This document shows positions 50,033-58,440 of a stretch of DNA of 64,000 nt, one piece after another (position 1 is the first letter of the stretch; the number at the start of each line of letters is the position of its first letter). Location: IMG/VR virus record IMGVR_UViG_3300025890_000021, positions 1-64,000 of that record, one strand, 5' to 3'. Below the pieces are notes generated by a model, which saw only the letters and a list, made by a program, of their open reading frames with translations, did no database searches and was not told the DNA's origin. Made by a program: the position numbers and the translations under genes. The stretch is from a virus. Lineage: Duplodnaviria; Caudoviricetes.

Positions 50033-50915
50033 ACTTTAAGATTTCCAAAGTTTTCTCAGCATTAAATCTTCCAGCTTTCGGCCAACCATTTATTGCACCA
50101 TCACTTTCACCTGGTGTTTTAATCCAAAGATATGCATCACAATATTCTGAATCTGTATCCGTAGTAGGTTTATTTCCTATCTTCATTTCTTGTGGATTAA
50201 ATGTTTCCCAAACTTCATTACCATTTCGTGATGTATCAATAACATAACTACAACCAAAGTGTTTAGCAATCTTATCACCATATCGTATACACTTATCTGT
50301 AGTTACGAAGTTACTTGTGTTGATACTAAACCCTTGAACCTTATTAGAATGAAACATACCCAAGTAAGTAATTGCATCAGTTCTCTTTAACCATTTAGGA
50401 TGTCCTATATCAAGATAAACTACTGCATTAGTTTTGGATAGTTTTTGTATTGTGGATTTTATGAGACGAGTTCGTTTTTGTCTTTGATAATAACTCATAC
50501 CCTTTCTCATATGTGGAAGTGCATCAGGTTCGATTATTACAATAGGTGAGTAATCACCAATACCCTCTACCACTTCATTAATAAAATCATGATATTGAGT
50601 TTGTGTTAATCCACCTTTTGAATGTCCACCTACATCCCTATCTGGTATAGAATATAAAACAATAACAGGTTGATAGGGATGTGCTCGTTTACACAATCTG
50701 TGTACTCTACTTGACAACCTCTTCAGTCGTTTGATAGGATTATCAACTAACCAAAAAGAATTAGGTTGTGAAGTTATCTGTTTTAACTGCGGATACTTTT
50801 CAGTATTATCTTTTCGGTAATCCCAGTCTTGGTGGTATAATTTTAACTGAACCACGAACCAGTGAACTTTGTCTCCACAGAACCTGATTGTAGGTAGTTC
50901 TTCTGTAGTTCCCAA
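50031..50915 (-). CDS. Glycoside hydrolase family 6 (cellulase-like); start may be the GTG at 50855
   Basis: LYSIPDRD.GGHS.GG, IIEPDAL, VYLDIGHPKWL, FSINTSNF, YVIDTSRNG, DAYLWIKTPGESDG. Confidence 0.88.
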   Translation of the reverse strand: MGTTEELPTIRFCGDKVHWFVVQLKLYHQDWDYRKDNTEKYPQLKQITSQPNSFWLVDNPIKRLKRLSSRVHRLCKRAHPYQPVIVLYSIPDRDVGGHSKGGLTQTQYHDFINEVVEGIGDYSPIVIIEPDALPHMRKGMSYYQRQKRTRLIKSTIQKLSKTNAVVYLDIGHPKWLKRTDAITYLGMFHSNKVQGFSINTSNFVTTDKCIRYGDKIAKHFGCSYVIDTSRNGNEVWETFNPQEMKIGNKPTTDTDSEYCDAYLWIKTPGESDGAINGWPKAGRFNAEKTLEILK

Positions 50916-51565
50916 TGATGTTTCTTCATCACATTGACAACACGAGTAATGTGTTGTGTGTTGGAACCAGTCATCTCACGAATTAAAATGTATAATGCCT
51001 TCTTGTTAAAGTTCTCAATATTTTCTCTCATATCAATCAATTCAACAACTGCGTTAGCAACATCCAAGTCTTTCTTTCGTTTAAAGACTGTAGTAAGATT
51101 GTTTCTCCAATAATCAGCAAGAAGAACAATGTATTCTGATTTCATTGACTTGGTGTCAATCCCTCTCATCTCTCCGACAGGGTCTCTCTTATAATCAGTA
51201 ACCTCTTCACCATCATGCTGCTTCATTCTCTTGTAGTTATTATTGTTATGTAGAATGAGATAATTCTTGGCAACAATCGAGAAATATGAGAAGGCCTTAC
51301 CCTTACCCTCGGCGAACTTATGAATGTTCATATACAAGAAACTAACCACCTCATGTTTAACATCGTCCGATGGAACATCAAAGTAGTAAAATTTAAAAGT
51401 GTGAATAATATTCTCAGCCAATTTTTCAAAAGGTGTACGAATATGTTCGTTATAGATTCTCTCCCTCATATGAGGTCGTTCTTCTTTATTATGACGAATG
51501 ATAGCATTCTCGGTATCTTGATTGAAATAATATCTTGGTGAACCTTTTTTTGCTTTTCTTGGCAT
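50843..51565 (-). CDS. Phage sigma-factor-like protein (gp55-like late sigma candidate)
   Basis: Region-2-like DDVKHEVVSFLYMNIHKF..GKGKAFSYFSIVAKN. Confidence 0.6.
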   Translation of the reverse strand: MPRKAKKGSPRYYFNQDTENAIIRHNKEERPHMRERIYNEHIRTPFEKLAENIIHTFKFYYFDVPSDDVKHEVVSFLYMNIHKFAEGKGKAFSYFSIVAKNYLILHNNNNYKRMKQHDGEEVTDYKRDPVGEMRGIDTKSMKSEYIVLLADYWRNNLTTVFKRKKDLDVANAVVELIDMRENIENFNKKALYILIREMTGSNTQHITRVVNVMKKHHWELQKNYLQSGSVETKFTGSWFS

Positions 51566-51816
51566 TATATCTCCTGCTCTGTTATTGTTGTTAATTCATT
51601 TACGGCATCTTGGATACCCTCAAAGACTACTCCTATCTCATCATCCGATTCGAACTTACCCTCTGAATCTAATTCATCAAGTATTCTTTTAGTTTGTATT
51701 ATTCTAGCGGAATAATTTTCAACCCAAGTTTCTAACCTCTCAACTTTTCTCATTTGATTGTAGGTAGTGAAACCTAATGTTACTGAAACTATTCCTAATA
51801 TTATTTCTACTATCAT
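51565..51816 (-). CDS. Small membrane-anchored protein
   Basis: N-terminal TM helix followed by a coiled coil. Confidence 0.55.
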   Translation of the reverse strand: MIVEIILGIVSVTLGFTTYNQMRKVERLETWVENYSARIIQTKRILDELDSEGKFESDDEIGVVFEGIQDAVNELTTITEQEI

Positions 51817-52589
51817 TTCTTATCTCCAAACAACTCATCAAATAAATCCTTTGGTGAATCACCTGTGAGTTTAGTTTCTACTTCAGTTTTAACAGCAGCT
51901 TTAATATTGTTAACTGATTTGGCAACTTTCTTTTTACCAACCTGTCCTGCTTGTTCCCATTGGTCACCCTCGATATATGTTGCCATCATATCTGCTTGGT
52001 GTAGTATACGAGCAATATGACCTCTCAAACCAGTCTCTGGTAAGAATGTCATTAAATACTTTTTGTTTGCTTCTTCATACATTCCATCTGTTAATTTCAA
52101 ACCCATGTATTCGTTTTCTGTCATAGGGATTTGAAAGTGTTGTAAAATAAATATTGCTCTATCTGTGACGGTCATGTAAGTTAATTCAGGATTATGATTG
52201 TAAATCTTTCCTTGATTCTTTCTGTGCCATTCCGATTCATTGATTACATAGTAATCATGTTCCATATCTCCAACCTTACCTAAATCATGGTGTAGGGCTG
52301 CAAAGATTAATTCTTCATTTGTGAAATTAATATCTGCTCCATTCTGTAACCATAAATCTCTTACTTGTTGAGACATCTCTACAATGTGAATGACATGTTC
52401 TACATAACCACCAACACAAGCATTGTGATAATGTTCTTTAGCACTTGCTGGTGCTAATACCATTCTATCTTCAAAATGGTCATACATTGTATTTAACTTC
52501 TCTAACCTTTCACCTGTAAATGTATCATTAATGATACTGCGTAGTTTTAAGTAGTTATCTTGTATCTGTTGTTCTGTTAGTTGCTTCAT
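51813..52589 (-). CDS. HD-domain phosphohydrolase
   Basis: HYH...GGYVEH, ALHHDLGK, ILHQADMMA. Confidence 0.85.
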   Translation of the reverse strand: MKQLTEQQIQDNYLKLRSIINDTFTGERLEKLNTMYDHFEDRMVLAPASAKEHYHNACVGGYVEHVIHIVEMSQQVRDLWLQNGADINFTNEELIFAALHHDLGKVGDMEHDYYVINESEWHRKNQGKIYNHNPELTYMTVTDRAIFILQHFQIPMTENEYMGLKLTDGMYEEANKKYLMTFLPETGLRGHIARILHQADMMATYIEGDQWEQAGQVGKKKVAKSVNNIKAAVKTEVETKLTGDSPKDLFDELFGDKK

Positions 52590-52621
52590 AATGTTTTTAT
52601 ATCTCCAATTTTCTTACCCAT

Positions 52622-52660
52622 AATATAAGGCCAAATGACCATACGAGTCAAGTGTTTTTT
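52622..52660 (-). promoter_or_regulatory. Sigma70-type promoter (TTGACT-N18-TATATT) with A-rich UP element
   Basis: Flanks (AAAAAAACAC-TTGAC...GCCTTATATTA) are nearly identical to the promoter at 63489-63527. Confidence 0.7.
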
Positions 52661-53515
52661 TTATTTTTTTTCATTTATTGATTTTAAATACGAACCACCT
52701 ATATTCCAAAAGAGTGTCTTACCCTTTAGTGTTTCAATATTCTGTTCTAACCAATACCATTGTTTCTTGTCCCAAAACTCATTACAATCAAATGGTACTT
52801 CGTAATCATCCATCATATCATCAAACGCGTAAGGTGATTTCTCAAGTATAACATTTTTTAAATCACCTGCATGATTCTCATTTAAAATCTTTTTTGTTGA
52901 TGAGAAAGCACTCATCGTTATAGAGTAAACTTTTCTTGATTCAGAATCTAACTTCCACCAATCATCTCCATACTCTAAAAATTCTTTTATCAATCCACTT
53001 GCAGTAACTCCACTACCGATACTAACTACAAGGTTATCATATTCCCTACCTTTTAAAACTTCTCTCATTCTTGCCCCCATATAACTAATGTATGCGGGAT
53101 GATTGAATGCATATGGTAATTGTTGCCAACCATTCTCTTTTGCTTGTGTGTTCAATTTGTTCTGCATGAATGCCATCATGTTTGGTCTCATAGGATGTAA
53201 CTTACCACCATTACCCTCAACTCTTTCCAATAATATTTTTGGAAACCTTTCTGTATTAGGATACGCAGAAATAAATTCTATACCATACTCTTTACATAAT
53301 TGTGATAGTGTCCAACCTGTCCAACTCCCATAAACTGATAAGTGTGTTAACGGCTTTGATTTATCAATACTATCACTTTCTAATATTCTTCTGATACCCT
53401 CTATCTTTGACCATCGTGGAAATGTTACACCATCTCCAACTAAATCATCTCTCTTGACATCGACATCAATACCCTTAAGTGAATATGTTTCAATTGGTGT
53501 TTGTATTAAGTCCAT
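52661..53515 (-). CDS. PLP-dependent fold-type II enzyme (ACC deaminase / D-cysteine desulfhydrase-like)
   Basis: VKRDDL...SKIEG (candidate PLP Lys), VSIGSGVTASGL phosphate loop, LFWNIGG. Confidence 0.75.
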   Translation of the reverse strand: MDLIQTPIETYSLKGIDVDVKRDDLVGDGVTFPRWSKIEGIRRILESDSIDKSKPLTHLSVYGSWTGWTLSQLCKEYGIEFISAYPNTERFPKILLERVEGNGGKLHPMRPNMMAFMQNKLNTQAKENGWQQLPYAFNHPAYISYMGARMREVLKGREYDNLVVSIGSGVTASGLIKEFLEYGDDWWKLDSESRKVYSITMSAFSSTKKILNENHAGDLKNVILEKSPYAFDDMMDDYEVPFDCNEFWDKKQWYWLEQNIETLKGKTLFWNIGGSYLKSINEKK

Positions 53516-55011
53516 TTCCCAAATCCATTTTCAGTGCCAGATAAAGTATCTCTCATACCTTTATGTTTGAAACCAAATATTCTTTCAAAGTTATCACCGA
53601 TACAATGAAATAGTTTTTTTCTATTTCTAAAATTTAATTCTGTATCATTTAGAATTACATCTTCGATATACTCTTTGAAGTTTGTTCCTTTCTGAAATGC
53701 TCTTTTCTCTTGGTCACATACCTCGTCTGGTAAGTGTCCACGAAATGCTTCAGCAAGTGGTTTCTTCCATTGGTTTCCACTATTATCTAATACTGGTTGT
53801 GTAAGGTTAGTAGTGTAATCTAAAAAATCTAAATCGAAGAATGGACATCTTAATTCTATTGTTCCATAATTCATAAAGATATTATTTCCACGAAGTAAAT
53901 TACCATAGTATTGTTTCTCAAACAATTTCTTTCGTACATCACTCCAATCTGGTTTCTTACTGAACATTCTGAATGTACCATATGAACCATACGATTCATC
54001 AGAACCCTCACCACTAAACGCAACCTTAACACCATCCTCTGCCATTCTCTCGGCAACATAACTTTGTAGAATACCAACTTCCATTTGGACTGTTGATGGA
54101 TATTCTATAACCTTTATTGTTTCTAAAAATTTTCTTTTTAATTCTTCTGGGTCTCTTGGTATCTCAACCTCAACCAATGGTACATTGATATGCTCTGCAA
54201 CCATTCTTGCAAACATTAAATCTCTTGAATCCTCATCGAACTTGACTGTATAAGATACGATATCAGGTACTTTCTTACTTAACAAATAAGTAATAACACT
54301 TGAATCGATACCACCACTTAAACAAGTTCCAACCTTAACATCACTTAATAATCTTTTCTCTACTGCAGTATCTAACAACTCATAAGTTTTTTTATTAACC
54401 TCATCTTGGTCAAACTCTTTTTCTTCAAATGGTGTCCAAGTAAAATAGTAATCTTTATCAATATGTACTGAACCAGTTATAGTGTTTATTCTCACTACTG
54501 AATTTTTTGGAACAAACTTACATTCTGCTTGTGGTAATATTTTTAATATTGATTTCATTTCAGATGCAATTAAAATATTTGTATCATTGTTATAAATGTA
54601 TAATGGAATCTTACCAACCCAATCTCTTGATATAACTAACTCATTAGTTAATGAGTCATGTAATACAAAACTAAACATACCCTCTAATCTTTTTAGTTCA
54701 TTCTCTTTGTATAGATATAAAATTATTTCTGAATCACTATTACTAAAAAATGTATAACCTCGTTCTTCATATTCTTTTCTTAATTGTGGATAGTTCCATA
54801 TCTCACCATTAACTACAAGTGCATAATCATTCCAAATAAATGGCTGATTTCCTGCTTCACTTACATCATTTATACTTAATCTATTATGGCCCAGGTGTAC
54901 ATTACCACACTCAAAAATCTCTCGATTATCCCTACCTCTGTGTTCAATTTGAAGTAACATATCGTGTACAACTTCATCACTATGATTGACCGTACTAACT
55001 ATTCCACACAC
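53506..55011 (-). CDS. asnB: Glutamine-hydrolysing asparagine synthetase-family amidotransferase
   Basis: MCGI Ntn nucleophile, HRGRD, GHNRLSI, NGEIWN, LSGGIDSS, SGEGSDE. Confidence 0.9.
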   Translation of the reverse strand: MCGIVSTVNHSDEVVHDMLLQIEHRGRDNREIFECGNVHLGHNRLSINDVSEAGNQPFIWNDYALVVNGEIWNYPQLRKEYEERGYTFFSNSDSEIILYLYKENELKRLEGMFSFVLHDSLTNELVISRDWVGKIPLYIYNNDTNILIASEMKSILKILPQAECKFVPKNSVVRINTITGSVHIDKDYYFTWTPFEEKEFDQDEVNKKTYELLDTAVEKRLLSDVKVGTCLSGGIDSSVITYLLSKKVPDIVSYTVKFDEDSRDLMFARMVAEHINVPLVEVEIPRDPEELKRKFLETIKVIEYPSTVQMEVGILQSYVAERMAEDGVKVAFSGEGSDESYGSYGTFRMFSKKPDWSDVRKKLFEKQYYGNLLRGNNIFMNYGTIELRCPFFDLDFLDYTTNLTQPVLDNSGNQWKKPLAEAFRGHLPDEVCDQEKRAFQKGTNFKEYIEDVILNDTELNFRNRKKLFHCIGDNFERIFGFKHKGMRDTLSGTENGFGKWT

Positions 55012-55681
55012 GAAGTATCTCCTTTACATTTTTCTTTTCATTATTCATATCACCAAGATGAACTGAACCACCAATTGTTGTAACTCGTTTTAATTTTAAA
55101 TCTGCTTGTTCACATAAGAACTTACCCATCTCACATAACGCAACCCAATCAGCATAACCACTCTTACTAATTCTCATACTTCTAAAAAAAGCTGTAAGAT
55201 ATAATCCCTCTTTACGCGGTTTCAAATCAACCGATAACAAACATGGCATTCCTGCCATAGTCTTTCTACCATCGGATTTGGGGTCATATATGCTCATCGC
55301 TATGGTTTTACTATTCTTATGCTCTTTCAATCTTTTGATAGTTTGTTCCACTTGATTAAAACTATTATCCCAATTAATCATTCTGCCCCAATATGTTTTA
55401 TTCCATTTTACTGAAGTATCATTTTGTTGGTATTGTAACTCATCCATAAAAGGATGTGTTGTTGGTGGTACAAATGTAACCGATGATGCATAATCAATTC
55501 TATCATTACCAAATACATCTCTGAAGATACCATCAAACTTTGGGTCTGTATCAAAGTTATCTTCTATCTCTACACTCATATTAATAGATTCATTCATCAC
55601 ATCTTTATTACCATTCTCTAAAAGATACTCGTGTGATTTTATCCAAGCATCTGTTGGTGAGTTTGAATTAATTACTATCAT
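54995..55681 (-). CDS. Atypical thymidylate synthase / dCMP hydroxymethylase-superfamily enzyme
   Basis: YWGRM...NQVE, catalytic PC, L...FRS, GYAD, SVH. Confidence 0.7.
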   Translation of the reverse strand: MIVINSNSPTDAWIKSHEYLLENGNKDVMNESINMSVEIEDNFDTDPKFDGIFRDVFGNDRIDYASSVTFVPPTTHPFMDELQYQQNDTSVKWNKTYWGRMINWDNSFNQVEQTIKRLKEHKNSKTIAMSIYDPKSDGRKTMAGMPCLLSVDLKPRKEGLYLTAFFRSMRISKSGYADWVALCEMGKFLCEQADLKLKRVTTIGGSVHLGDMNNEKKNVKEILRVWNS

Positions 55682-57297
55682 GATTTGTAGTATACAAATA
55701 TAGGTTCAAATTTATAAACATTATTCTCATGTTGTACTGAGTTTAATATTCCTGTCTTACTTGGGTCTAACCCAATCATTCTTGTCATTAACATTTTTAG
55801 TTTACCTTTATATTCACAACCCAACTCTTCAAGTATCTTTCTACTATCACCCTCTAAATCATAATAAGTGTTAGCACCAATCTTAATAGAAGCGATATTC
55901 CAAAGTAGGTATCTATCATTTTTTAGATATTCATATGCTGTTGTGAGTGTTGGTCTAAGAAAGTTATCAACCCAGTCTTCATATTGACTATACGCTTTGA
56001 AAGATTGATTCTCATCTTGTGAGTATTGCTCTCTGTTAAAGTATGGTGGTGATGTGAAAACTAAATCTAACTTGCCCTTATACGCTTGAAAGTTAGAATT
56101 GTTCCCAATTAATTCACTACCCTCTCTATAAACATCATATGTATTACTTTGTTTTTCTACATCAAAGAACTGAGTAAATGTTTCAGAAAAATTATCTACA
56201 CAATTACTATTATAGAAATCAGCAACTGCTTCGTATCTACCGAAGTTATCTGGATTAGGGTCTGTACCAATATAATGTATCTTCTTACGAGAACTCATTG
56301 CTCCTAAGATTCTACCACCCCACCCACTACTTGGGTCATAGATATGAAACCTTTGGTCTTGATTATCTATATGGTCTGTAAATTTTTCGTACAATAGTTT
56401 TGCTGTAAGTGGTGGGAAGTTAACTGCTGGTTGTCCACATGCTAATCTAAACACTTGTAATATCTTTGGAAAGATACCAATAGTTTTATCATAGTGTCTG
56501 ATTAGATATAAGAACTCAGTTACTTTACCACTCTTACTTGTTTCACTTGAAACTATATCTGGTATGTTACTTAATTGTGTATCATTCAAGTAACCACTAT
56601 CTTTACAATCTTGTACTTCTTCTGCAGTTAAGTAAACATTTCCATGTCCTTTAAACTCTTCATTCATAGTACCATAATTACCGACTGTACTTTTCTTTAC
56701 TCTTGCAAGTACAAATCTTGTATCTGAATACTTACCAATAGAAACTTTACCATCATGTACATTCTTAATAAATTCTTTACCACTCTCACCATTCCAAAAA
56801 GGATTCTCATCTTTCTTGGTTACGATACTTCTACTCCAACTATACATAGAATCTTTCTTTACTGCTCTACGCATAATGTGAACAAACTTATCTTCTAACT
56901 CTGGGTCACCAAAGTGGTCATAGATAGATAAACCATTATCGGCTGATGCACCAATACTGATTTTTGTTTTTAACATTGTTGGGAAGAATTGATTTACACC
57001 AGATGCATCTTTATTGAAGTTCTTAATTATACCAAGTGATTCTTTATCACCAGTATTATCTTCGATTAAATAATCACATGGATTACCTTTTAACTTTTTA
57101 AATTTGGTAATCAACCCATCTTCATTTTTACCAATGACAGGTGGTGTACCATAAACATCCCATTGTTCAGTAACTTCTTTACGAAGTAATCGTGCCCATT
57201 CTGTGAATTCATCTGCACTCATTTGCAGAAGTTTGTGATATGTCGTATTTGATTTAAACTCAGAGAAACGACTTCTCTCATAAAACCATTTTTTCAA
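55678..57297 (-). CDS. Amino-group (m4C/m6A) DNA methyltransferase with a long N-terminal region
   Basis: Motif I YDPSSGWGGR, YIGTDPN, motif IV FTSPPYF. Confidence 0.8.
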   Translation of the reverse strand: MKKWFYERSRFSEFKSNTTYHKLLQMSADEFTEWARLLRKEVTEQWDVYGTPPVIGKNEDGLITKFKKLKGNPCDYLIEDNTGDKESLGIIKNFNKDASGVNQFFPTMLKTKISIGASADNGLSIYDHFGDPELEDKFVHIMRRAVKKDSMYSWSRSIVTKKDENPFWNGESGKEFIKNVHDGKVSIGKYSDTRFVLARVKKSTVGNYGTMNEEFKGHGNVYLTAEEVQDCKDSGYLNDTQLSNIPDIVSSETSKSGKVTEFLYLIRHYDKTIGIFPKILQVFRLACGQPAVNFPPLTAKLLYEKFTDHIDNQDQRFHIYDPSSGWGGRILGAMSSRKKIHYIGTDPNPDNFGRYEAVADFYNSNCVDNFSETFTQFFDVEKQSNTYDVYREGSELIGNNSNFQAYKGKLDLVFTSPPYFNREQYSQDENQSFKAYSQYEDWVDNFLRPTLTTAYEYLKNDRYLLWNIASIKIGANTYYDLEGDSRKILEELGCEYKGKLKMLMTRMIGLDPSKTGILNSVQHENNVYKFEPIFVYYKS

Positions 57298-57319
57298 TGT
57301 AACTCCGTTATTGTTTAAT

Positions 57320-57327
57320 AATAAATA
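57320..57327 (-). promoter_or_regulatory. TATTTATT motif upstream of the modification operon
   Basis: About 23 nt upstream of 57297. Confidence 0.45.
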
Positions 57328-57332
57328 TAATC

Positions 57333-57884
57333 TTAATTCGCGTTATTCAATACTAAATTTGTTTTCATGATAGTTGCACTCTCAACCTTGTAAGGCTTGG
57401 TGCCAGGCGATTCGAGAATATCAATACGATTAACGAATCGCTTGTTCATAGTATCTTTGACTTGATACACCCCATCCTTTTGACCAGTTCCCTTAAGAAC
57501 AATGAAATCACCATAATCCAAGAAACCACCATGTCGTTTCAAAAGATTTCTACTAACCGCTATGAATCGGTACTCACTAGCTTTGTGTACCCTTATACGC
57601 GTTCCATCCGCGAGAATGTTCGGTGTAGAATCAGTTTGAGACGAAACAGGATGATACATTGTTACTGTCACTTCCATTCCCTCAAGTTTGAATTCCTCAA
57701 CTATAGATATTAATCTTTCGTTTTCGGCTTTCATTGTTCGAACTGAGTCCTTGTGGAACTCCTTGTAATTGTCAAAGATGACTGTCCAAACATATGTGTT
57801 AAACACTAATATGGTTGAAACTATCAAAAATGTTTTTAAATTTTTCATAATGTTTTCATCATGAAGGTCTTCATACACACTCAT
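57333..57884 (-). CDS. 3D (Asp-Asp-Asp) domain protein with N-terminal TM helix, putative lytic transglycosylase
   Basis: VTVTMY...QTD.TP...A.G...IAVSR...V.DTM...IDIL. Confidence 0.75.
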   Translation of the reverse strand: MSVYEDLHDENIMKNLKTFLIVSTILVFNTYVWTVIFDNYKEFHKDSVRTMKAENERLISIVEEFKLEGMEVTVTMYHPVSSQTDSTPNILADGTRIRVHKASEYRFIAVSRNLLKRHGGFLDYGDFIVLKGTGQKDGVYQVKDTMNKRFVNRIDILESPGTKPYKVESATIMKTNLVLNNAN

Positions 57885-57936
57885 ATATAAATATCTCCTT
57901 TCGCGAGATTAATTCAGTTTATTTTTAACTTTTTTG

Positions 57937-58282
57937 TGGAGCTGGGGGGAGTCGAACCCCCGTCCAGTCTACCTATCATATTAAGTCGTTTACAACTTTA
58001 GATGGTTCCGAATGTGTCACCAACAACCCTTGTCAAGTTATATACAGGTCTTGAAAACTGGTAGTTTCTTTAATCACTAACTTCCCTCTAACTAAAGTGA
58101 GTTCTTTTCAGATTTATGAACCCGTTACCCAATATCTGAGTCTTGGAACGAGCCTTACACATTAAGCGTAAGCGTAATTAGCAGTATTGCCAATTAATCA
58201 AAGTGAACCTTTTGTAGCGAGTCTTGCTCAAACTCCGTTGCACTTAAATACGAAACAGCACCTGTCGATACCAAGCAGCCCC
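57937..58282 (-). ncRNA. ssrA: tmRNA (346 nt); tag reading frame 58191-58162 = (A)GNTANYAYA*; 3' CCA not encoded
   Basis: 5' GGGGCTG pairs with 3' CAGCTCC-A including the G3-U pair; 5' TCGACAGG; T-arm GGGGG-TTCGACT-CCCCC; TAATT before the resume codon. Confidence 0.93.
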
Positions 58283-58287
58283 ATATT

Positions 58288-58440
58288 TTAATCGATTTCA
58301 TCTGAATCCCAATCATCAATTATATCCTCTTCACCGAGAGTAATATAAGTATCAAGGACATCGATTAAATCCTCAACAAGATTCCAATCCTCTTCATTGT
58401 ATGCTCGTTCTAATTTTCTTTTAATTTCTGCCAAGCTCAT
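58288..58440 (-). CDS. 50-aa acidic protein (not in the ORF track)
   Basis: MSLAEIKRKLERAYNEEDWNLVEDLIDVLD...; SD AGGAG. Confidence 0.55.
   Translation of the reverse strand: MSLAEIKRKLERAYNEEDWNLVEDLIDVLDTYITLGEEDIIDDWDSDEID

Noticed and set aside
32233-50915. Cellulosome-like link between the cohesin protein and the GH6 enzyme
   Set aside because: The GH6 has no dockerin or signal peptide and lies 15 kb away in another transcription unit.
53506-55011. Gat-QueC (archaeosine / 7-deazaguanine pathway)
   Set aside because: It has the AsnB-specific SGEGSDE motif and lacks the QueC C-terminal Zn-binding Cys cluster; no folE, queD, queE or dpdA in the window.
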